NCBI GenBank assembly: GCA_902801565.1
Contig: CADCIX010000006.1
Span: 10,070-74,069 of the forward strand
Origin: an uncultured Veillonellaceae bacterium
GTDB lineage: Bacteria > Bacillota > Negativicutes > Selenomonadales > Selenomonadaceae
Direction of reading: 5' to 3'
DNA length: 64,000 bases
In this document: positions 27,850 to 34,643 of the stretch, piece after piece
How positions within the stretch are numbered: the stretch's first letter is position 1
Layout: each line of letters opens with the position of its first letter
The notes under the pieces: generated by a model
Databases searched by the model: none
What the model saw: the letters and a program-made list of their open reading frames with translations, nothing else
Told to the model about the DNA's origin: nothing
Position numbers and translations under genes: made by a program

Positions 27850-29409
27850 TCATTTGCGCTTGTCCAGGTTACCCCCCATTTCTGGCAAGAGGGGCCTTCC
27901 TCCCGCAAACGGTGACCGCCGGGACGGAGGACTTTCCTGGCCAGGCTTCGTATTTTGCGCCGGCCTGGAAGGATTTGCCGAACCAGGAACAGGATCCTTG
28001 ACGTTTCTCAATTCCTTCATCTGCTGCTCCAAGGCCAGCAACCGTTTTGCCAAGGATTCCTGCCCCTTTTTGAGATCAACCGCCAATGCCTCCCAGTCAA
28101 TCTCATCTGCCCCTGTCTGCCCAGCCATTCCCTTCCCTTGGGATTTCTCTTGGGAGCCCGCCTCCAAATCCCTGGAAACAAACACATGATGAAAGGGAAC
28201 AGAAAAGGTCTCGAAGGCCGAATAAAACGCCACGTTTCTCTGAAACATCCTCTTTGCCGTCTCGGTGTGGTACAGCAGAATCGTCTTCCTTGCAAGATTC
28301 ACGCTGGCCACCCGATAAATGCCCGCAGCGACATAGCCCTGCACGTAGTTCCCGCTCACCGAGACAAAAAGATCCACGAGCAGATTCCCGTCATAGTACA
28401 CCTTGTGGGGATACCTTGCGCTCTCAAGCATCTCCCGGGTCAGTGGAACCCTGTTCTTTTCATCCATCAACAGCTCTCCGTTTCCCGCTCTGCTGCGCCT
28501 TGCCAAAATCCTGCTGCGGCCGATCTTTTTCCTTGCAGCGGGCACCGGGATTTCCTGGGGACGCGTTGACTCAAGCACTGCGGCAAAATCAAATGCGTGT
28601 CCAAAAACAGGCTGCCTGAACTTCCCGAAAAGAATCTCTCTCAAAAGGCTTTTCTGCTTTACCAGAATAGCCTCTCCATCAAAGACAAGATACCCGCTTT
28701 TCCATAACCGCAGAAGTTCCTCATATTTCCCCATGGATTCCACATTCAGCCCATGCGGAACCAGATCCTTGGAAAACCAGGCATGGACTGACTGCATTGC
28801 ATCCATGCCGGAACTGTCCTCCTCATGCAGGCGGCAGATCGGCACCAGAGCAACCTTCCCTCCGCTGCTGTACCAGCCATCCCGCCCATTCACCCAACAC
28901 CAATGGGATTCCTTGCCGCGAAGTTCCTTCGTCAGTATCACGGTATTGTAAACGGTCTCGGGAAAATGGGAAAATCCCCCGGTGCTTTGCAGGTAAGGGT
29001 TTCCGGTATTGGCCATGAAGCTCTTCCGAAATTCCCTCTGGGTCATCGGGACAAAATGAAACCCTTCAAAATCCAGCCCGCGATAGGATCGCACCGGTTG
29101 TTTCGAGGTATCAAAGACAGGCAGGTCTATTGCCTCAAACATCGGGAACAACGCTGCATTGGCACGATCAAACCAGACCTTCTTGTTTTTCATTTTGACG
29201 AAATGACGATTTGCCAATGGCCGGATATCCTCCAAAAAGGACAGGACATCCTTGGACAATGCTTCGACTCTTTCCAGCATCGCATGAGCCGCCAATACCT
29301 GTTTCTCCAAGGAAAACAGCCGCTTCCCCAAAGAAGCGAAGCCCTTCTGCACCCCCAGCAAGGCTGCATCGTATCTTGGGAGAGTCTTCGCACCATCCAC
29401 CACATTCAC
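27850..29409 (-). CDS. Hypothetical protein (about 519 aa) with the same coiled-coil motif at both termini
   Basis: Long ORF on the coding strand of its neighbours, with a 10-bp gap to the downstream gene. The start may be GTG 29409, 29403 or 29400. No family recognised. Confidence 0.6.
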   Translation of the reverse strand: MNVVDGAKTLPRYDAALLGVQKGFASLGKRLFSLEKQVLAAHAMLERVEALSKDVLSFLEDIRPLANRHFVKMKNKKVWFDRANAALFPMFEAIDLPVFDTSKQPVRSYRGLDFEGFHFVPMTQREFRKSFMANTGNPYLQSTGGFSHFPETVYNTVILTKELRGKESHWCWVNGRDGWYSSGGKVALVPICRLHEEDSSGMDAMQSVHAWFSKDLVPHGLNVESMGKYEELLRLWKSGYLVFDGEAILVKQKSLLREILFGKFRQPVFGHAFDFAAVLESTRPQEIPVPAARKKIGRSRILARRSRAGNGELLMDEKNRVPLTREMLESARYPHKVYYDGNLLVDLFVSVSGNYVQGYVAAGIYRVASVNLARKTILLYHTETAKRMFQRNVAFYSAFETFSVPFHHVFVSRDLEAGSQEKSQGKGMAGQTGADEIDWEALAVDLKKGQESLAKRLLALEQQMKELRNVKDPVPGSANPSRPAQNTKPGQESPPSRRSPFAGGRPLLPEMGGNLDKRK

Positions 29410-29525
29410 CTGCCTTCTTTATTCGAATTCGACATCCTTGTCAAAAAACCTTTTTGCTATGAAATCTTATCGAGCCAAGCCCGAAGGGCGCAGTGCGAAA
29501 CACTGTTTCACACGGAGTTTCCTAC

Positions 29526-29551
29526 AAAAAAAGCGCCGCTTTCGCGACGCT
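29526..29551 (-). terminator. Terminator of the tRNA operon
   Basis: Minus strand reads AGCGTCGC-gaaa-GCGGCGCT TTTTTTT. Confidence 0.75.
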
Positions 29552-29561
29552 TGCCTTTTCG

Positions 29562-29647
29562 TGGTGGGCAGGGATGGATTCGAACCATCGTAATCCGAAG
29601 ATGACAGATTTACAGTCTGTTGCCTTTAACCACTCGGCCACCTACCC
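29562..29647 (-). tRNA. tRNA-Tyr (anticodon GTA), long variable arm, CCA encoded
   Basis: Reverse complement is GGGTAGGTGGCCGAGTGGTTAAAGGCAACAGACTGTAAATCTGT...GGTTCGAATCCATCCCTGCCCACCA. Confidence 0.9.
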
Positions 29648-29651
29648 ATGA

Positions 29652-29729
29652 TGGTGACCCAGGAGGGACTCGAACCCCCGACCCTTTGATTCGTAGTCAA
29701 ATACTCTAATCCAGCTGAGCTACTGAGTC
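29652..29729 (-). tRNA. tRNA-Arg (anticodon ACG); sequence matches the 26529-26606 copy
   Basis: By manual comparison, the reverse complement matches the plus-strand copy over all 78 nt. Confidence 0.92.
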
Positions 29730-29747
29730 ACAAAACTATGTAATTTT

Positions 29748-29824
29748 TGGTGGGCCCACTTGGACTCGAACCAAGGACCGACCGGTTATGAGCCGGTTGC
29801 TCTAACCAACTGAGCTATAGGCCC
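29748..29824 (-). tRNA. tRNA with CAT anticodon (Met by anticodon; resembles lysidine-type tRNA-Ile2)
   Basis: GGGCCTATAGCTCAGTTGGTTAGAGCAACCGGCTCATAACCGGTCGGTCCTTGGTTCGAGTCCAAGTGGGCCCACCA. The anticodon stem-loop GGCTCATAACC is like Bacillus tRNA-Ile(CAU). Confidence 0.85.
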
Positions 29825-29873
29825 ATAGATATATTGATTTCTGCCGGCAAATCCAGCAAAACCAACTGCAAAA

Positions 29874-29948
29874 TGGAGCGGAAAACGAGGCTCGAACTCG
29901 CGACCCCCACCTTGGCAAGGTGGTGCTCTACCACTGAGCTATTTCCGC
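29874..29948 (-). tRNA. tRNA-Gly (anticodon GCC), copy 1
   Basis: GCGGAAATAGCTCAGTGGTAGAGCACCACCTTGCCAAGGTGGGGGTCGCGAGTTCGAGCCTCGTTTTCCGCTCCA. Confidence 0.92.
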
Positions 29949-29952
29949 AGAA

Positions 29953-30027
29953 TGGAGCGGAAAACGAGGCTCGAACTCGCGACCCCCACCTTGGCAAGGT
30001 GGTGCTCTACCACTGAGCTATTTCCGC
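29953..30027 (-). tRNA. tRNA-Gly (anticodon GCC), copy 2 (tandem duplicate)
   Basis: Same 75-nt sequence as copy 1 by manual comparison, separated from it by 4 nt. Confidence 0.92.
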
Positions 30028-30073
30028 GTCCTATGCATCAGCAGGGATACCCCTGCGCTGACTGACAAAACCT

Positions 30074-30102
30074 ATTCTAATCATTTATCGGTCTTTTGTC
30101 AA
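30074..30102 (-). promoter_or_regulatory. Predicted promoter of the five-tRNA operon; its -35 overlaps the helicase stop codon
   Basis: Minus strand reads TTGACA, 17 nt, TAGAAT, located about 45 nt upstream of the first tRNA-Gly. Confidence 0.6.
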
Positions 30103-33100
30103 GCATTTTTTTCATTTTTTTCATCAGCCAGCAAATCCTCCCGCCTCCATTCCTCGCGAATCCGTGCTGCGGCTTCCAGCACCCTTGCCAAAAGCTCTTC
30201 CCGCGCTTTCCCTGCAGAATGGCCGGCATCTTCCTTCCCCATCGGCAAGATCCCATATCGGCGAAGCTCTTCCTCCATGTCATCCATGGCACTCTCCGGG
30301 GAACGATAAAACCTGCTGCCCCGAAGCCGCAGGAATACCCATCCCAAACGCTCCAGCACTGCCTGTTCCTTCTGTGCTTCCAAAAGACAGTTCTCATCAT
30401 CCTCCCCGTCCTCGCCTTCACAGGAAACAGCGACCCTGCGGCCAGAAGACAGGACCGCCATATCAATCCGATAGGCGCCCACGGGCCACCGCTCCTCTAC
30501 GCGAAACCCCCGCTGACGGAGCCTCTGTGCCACCTCCTGATGGAACGCCGGCACAGGCCCCCCTGCCGTTCTACCTCCCGACAACATCATGGAATCCTCC
30601 GGGGAGGCCGCATATTCCAGAAGGCCGCGCCGAAGACCGCCTTCCTCCAGTTCCTCGATGCCCATGGAATGAAGCACCCATAGCTGATCCCTGGCCCGAC
30701 TGGCCGCAACATTATAGTTCCGCTTTTCGGCATCGACCGGTTCCTTCCCGGAATCCATCTCCTGCACCGATGCTGCATCATCCACCATGGAAAGGAAGAT
30801 GACATCCCTTTCATCTCCCTGGAAATTCATGGGGGTGCCCGCCAGGAAATTCCTTTCCTCCAAACGCGGAATGCCGATGCGCCGCAGGGCAATCTCCCGT
30901 ATCAGGCGCCCCTGGCCATCCCCCAGCAGCGAAATGGCGCCAAAGGTCTTGCCCTCATACTCCGATTGCTCCATACAGGCCATCATGAGCACGACAATCT
31001 CCTCTGCCTCCTTCCAATTCACTGGCCGCTCCCCGTCCCTCACACCATCCACCTCATAGGAAACCACAGGTTTCAGCGTACTCCCTCCGGATTCCCGGAG
31101 AGGCTGTATGAGATTCTGGTAGACAAGCTGGTTGGAATAACCGATAATTTCGGGAACAGAACGGAAATGCTCCTTGAACATGCGCGTCTCGAAATACATC
31201 CGGGCGATATCATAGAGGGAATTGTCCAGAACATAGGGATTTGCATATCCATCTCCCTCGAAAAGAGAAGGCACTCCGAGGCCGGACACCTCATCCTCTG
31301 ACAGATCGATCGGTTCCGGAGCAACCTGCTTGTCATCCCCCACGACAATCACCTTGTGTCCGAAATAAAGCAGGGGCAGCGATGTGATATCCGCCTGGCT
31401 TGCTTCATCCATGATGATGACATCGAACTTCCTGCTCTCCGGCTGCAGATTTTCCCATACCTTGTCCAAGGGCATGATCCATACCGGCACGGCAGACTGC
31501 AGTTCCATCGTCTGTTTCCGGGCCATGCGGACGCGACGGGAAATGTTCCTCCCTGCGTCCCTTCCTGCTTTTTTCACCGCCCTGCTCCAGCTCATGAGCG
31601 TCGCACGAATGCCGCTGTCTGCAACCTCCTGGAAAAAATTCCGCCATGCCAATTTTTCCACCAAACCGGCCGTGATTTCATGAAGCTGCTCCAACTGCCG
31701 GTGCAAAGCCCCATCCAAGCCTGCCACATCCTCCCCGGCCGCCTTTGCCAATTGCTGGACAAACTGCCGGCATTTCCATGCATCCTCAAGAGCAGCCGGC
31801 ACCTCTGCCATACCGGAGCTTCCATGCTGGCGGGCTATGCCCGCTGCCCAGTCGGGGGCAACCGACGCTAGCCGCGCCAGAAAATCCGTCCGCTCCTTGA
31901 ACTTGTCCATCAGGCTTTCATAGTGGAGCAATTTGTCATAGTCCTTGCGATACGCCTCGCTGCTCCCCCCCTGCAAGGCAACAGCCAGACGCTTTGCGAG
32001 CTGGGAACGCCGTTCCGCTAATTCTGCGACACGCTTGCGGAAATTTCCCATCAATGCCTGTTTTTCGATGCATTCCAAGCGAATCAGTGCAGCACACTGC
32101 GGCCAGGACTCCTGAAGCCAATGGATCTCCATCGCCATCTGCTGGCGCGGTGTCATGAACCTCTCATCCTCCGGCAGGATCTTTTCCAGCTTTACCCCCG
32201 CCTCATCCAGATGTTTCTGAAAGGATTCCCTGCGATTATCGTACCAGTCAAGGCAATACTGAATCTGCTCCCAGCGGGCGCTGCAGATATCATCCACATC
32301 ATCCGAGGAAATCCAGAGCTCCTCATAGGTTGGCTCACCGCACCGTCCCAGAAGATGGTCCCATTCCTGCTGCACCCGCCGCCGCGCCTGCTGCAGGCTG
32401 AGATATCTCTCCGCCACCATACAGTCCTGGTCACTCCGAAGGCCATGGCCGTCAACGAGGATCTTCTGTGAAAGCCTGCGCCAGCTTCCATGAAGGATTT
32501 TCTGCAAAATGGACAGCTCTCCCTTACGGGCAAAGGTCTCCCGCATATCCGCCAGCTCCCTGAGCACCCGCTCATCATACATTATCTCTTCCGGGCATTC
32601 CACCGAACGCCCCAATAGCGGAATCACGGCTGCATCCTTGCAGGTCCGCACCCGCCTAATATCCTCGCCCAGCTGCTCCCATGCCATCCGCGCAGTTCCG
32701 CCCTGCCTGCCTGCCAGTACAGCTTCTCTGGCCCAGACGGACTCCATCCATGCAAAATCGATCTGCCGATAATCTGCCTCCGCCGTCAGGAATGCGTCCA
32801 TCTGAAAATCCGCCACAACCTGCTCATGACGGTAAAAGATCTGCTCCTCCTCCACAGTCCAGTCCGGCAACTCCTGCAAGAGGCCGCGTTCCCGCTCACC
32901 CAGGATTTCCTGTTCCTGCAAGAGATTCTCCACATCTACAGGGGACAGGAGCCTGCCGCTCTTCGGCAGATTCTCCGCCATTTCCTTCAGGTCCTGACGG
33001 CTGAACAAACCGTTGCTGGCATAAAGCAGGGCCAGTTCCTCTGCCGTCAGGGGGATTGCCTTCCCCTCCCCGACCTTTCCCGGGACAATTTCCAATAAAT

Positions 33101-34643
33101 GCTCATGTTCATGGACAAACCTGGCCATTCCAGAAAGGGAATACGCTTCTCCCCCGAAGGAAAAGAAGTCCCTCCTGTGTTCCATGCGTCGGACAGCGGC
33201 TGCCTTCTCACGGGAATCGCCGAGCAGCTTCCGGGCTTCCTTCCATTTTCGGCGCGCTTCCTGGGCCTCATACTCCATATCCTCTGTGGTGGAGCTTCCC
33301 AGCACATCGCAGATTCCCTCCACGGAACGTTCCAAATCCCGATAGGAATCCCCCTGCAGGGAAACACAGAGATTGCGGATCCCCTCCGGGAGCATGCCTT
33401 TCAGGATGCGCAATGCCTTGGGCGTTGAGCTCGTCACCAGCACGCGGTTTCCCCTTGCCAGGAAATGCCCCAACAGATTTGCAATGGTATGCGTCTTTCC
33501 CGTACCGGGAGGCCCCTGTACCACCACAGCAGAGGATTCCTCCAGTTTCCTGGCAATTCCGATCTGTTCCGCATTGGCGGATTTGACCAGAAGGATATCC
33601 TCGGACTCTCCCCTTGCATCCGCCAGGGTCTCCCTGCGGCAGGACACATTCCTCTCCGATGCCCTGGCATCCACAATATCCAGGAGGGGCAAGGGAACAT
33701 CGCCCTTATCCGCAATGCGTTCCATGATTCCCGAGAGCAATCTTTCTTTTCTCGAATGCTTCCTGCGCAGGAAAAGCACAGGACGGGCATAGAGAATATA
33801 CCAGTCCGTAGGCAGGATATGGAACCCTTCTGACGCATAACGGCATTTGGGACTAAGCAGGGAGGCCATATCTTTCAAGAGAGCTTCCCCAACGTCCTTC
33901 TGCAAAGGATGGATACCGGACCTCCCAACTTTCCTTTGTGCTGCACGGAGTGCCTCTTCACCCACATCCTCCTGCCCAAGGAAAAGCTCACTATAGAACT
34001 CCAGTTCCTCCCTGGCATCCACAAGCTGCATGTGCTCCTTTTCCGTATAGCGCACCTGCACCTTTTTGAGCAACAAGGGATGATGCAGACGGGAATCCAG
34101 ACCACTGTAGAAGAAACCATTTCCCGCCATGAGTTCCATCTTCTCTCCATCCCGGCGGCAGCGCTCATATATGCGGTAGAGGTCATCGAACAGATGCTTC
34201 GCCTGTTGTTTCAGCCGCTCTTTCTTGCGCCACTTCTGCCTGGCCTTCTTCCACTCTGAAAAATTCCTGACGCGCCGCTCGCTGTCATGGAAGCGCATGA
34301 CAATGCTTCCCATCTGCTCCGTGGTTTTCGCCAGTTCCGAATGCACCTTGACCTCATCCACGTGAAAATCTTCCCATCGGGGCGTTGCAATCCAGCCCGC
34401 CAGGGCATCCGGCAAAGCAGGGCATGGGGAAAACTCCGGACGGCCTACATCCAAAAGGATTTCGCTCCCATCCTCGTCTTTACCAGCAAAAAAACGAAGT
34501 CCGCCTCCTTCAGATTCCAGCTTGTCCAGATAGAGCACCCACTCCTGTTTCTCAATATCTGTCACGGTTTTATATTGCAAAACACAGATCTGGCGAATAT
34601 ATTCCAACAAGGCCAGAACTTTTTCCTGCTTCTCACGGCTCAT
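30099..34643 (-). CDS. 1514-aa SF1 (Upf1/DNA2-like, AAA_11/AAA_12-type) helicase with a C-terminal Vsr/DUF559-like endonuclease fold
   Basis: Helicase motifs seen: GPPGTGKTHT (aa 377-386), IIMDEASQ (aa about 1076-1083), VVGDDKQ, FQGDERDVIFLS and NVAASRARDQLWV. The C-terminus reads YRIDMAV...VAVSCEGE...LERLGWVFLRLRG. The ATG overlaps the upstream stop (ATGA). Confidence 0.85.
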   Translation of the reverse strand: MSREKQEKVLALLEYIRQICVLQYKTVTDIEKQEWVLYLDKLESEGGGLRFFAGKDEDGSEILLDVGRPEFSPCPALPDALAGWIATPRWEDFHVDEVKVHSELAKTTEQMGSIVMRFHDSERRVRNFSEWKKARQKWRKKERLKQQAKHLFDDLYRIYERCRRDGEKMELMAGNGFFYSGLDSRLHHPLLLKKVQVRYTEKEHMQLVDAREELEFYSELFLGQEDVGEEALRAAQRKVGRSGIHPLQKDVGEALLKDMASLLSPKCRYASEGFHILPTDWYILYARPVLFLRRKHSRKERLLSGIMERIADKGDVPLPLLDIVDARASERNVSCRRETLADARGESEDILLVKSANAEQIGIARKLEESSAVVVQGPPGTGKTHTIANLLGHFLARGNRVLVTSSTPKALRILKGMLPEGIRNLCVSLQGDSYRDLERSVEGICDVLGSSTTEDMEYEAQEARRKWKEARKLLGDSREKAAAVRRMEHRRDFFSFGGEAYSLSGMARFVHEHEHLLEIVPGKVGEGKAIPLTAEELALLYASNGLFSRQDLKEMAENLPKSGRLLSPVDVENLLQEQEILGERERGLLQELPDWTVEEEQIFYRHEQVVADFQMDAFLTAEADYRQIDFAWMESVWAREAVLAGRQGGTARMAWEQLGEDIRRVRTCKDAAVIPLLGRSVECPEEIMYDERVLRELADMRETFARKGELSILQKILHGSWRRLSQKILVDGHGLRSDQDCMVAERYLSLQQARRRVQQEWDHLLGRCGEPTYEELWISSDDVDDICSARWEQIQYCLDWYDNRRESFQKHLDEAGVKLEKILPEDERFMTPRQQMAMEIHWLQESWPQCAALIRLECIEKQALMGNFRKRVAELAERRSQLAKRLAVALQGGSSEAYRKDYDKLLHYESLMDKFKERTDFLARLASVAPDWAAGIARQHGSSGMAEVPAALEDAWKCRQFVQQLAKAAGEDVAGLDGALHRQLEQLHEITAGLVEKLAWRNFFQEVADSGIRATLMSWSRAVKKAGRDAGRNISRRVRMARKQTMELQSAVPVWIMPLDKVWENLQPESRKFDVIIMDEASQADITSLPLLYFGHKVIVVGDDKQVAPEPIDLSEDEVSGLGVPSLFEGDGYANPYVLDNSLYDIARMYFETRMFKEHFRSVPEIIGYSNQLVYQNLIQPLRESGGSTLKPVVSYEVDGVRDGERPVNWKEAEEIVVLMMACMEQSEYEGKTFGAISLLGDGQGRLIREIALRRIGIPRLEERNFLAGTPMNFQGDERDVIFLSMVDDAASVQEMDSGKEPVDAEKRNYNVAASRARDQLWVLHSMGIEELEEGGLRRGLLEYAASPEDSMMLSGGRTAGGPVPAFHQEVAQRLRQRGFRVEERWPVGAYRIDMAVLSSGRRVAVSCEGEDGEDDENCLLEAQKEQAVLERLGWVFLRLRGSRFYRSPESAMDDMEEELRRYGILPMGKEDAGHSAGKAREELLARVLEAAARIREEWRREDLLADEKNEKNA

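Noticed and set aside
29416-29444. TTGACA-17-TAAAGA as the promoter of the 519-aa orphan gene.
   Set aside because: The -10 is weak and ends only 6-15 nt from the candidate start codons, which conflicts with the apparent Shine-Dalgarno sequence (AGGTGA). It is not convincing without transcript-start data.
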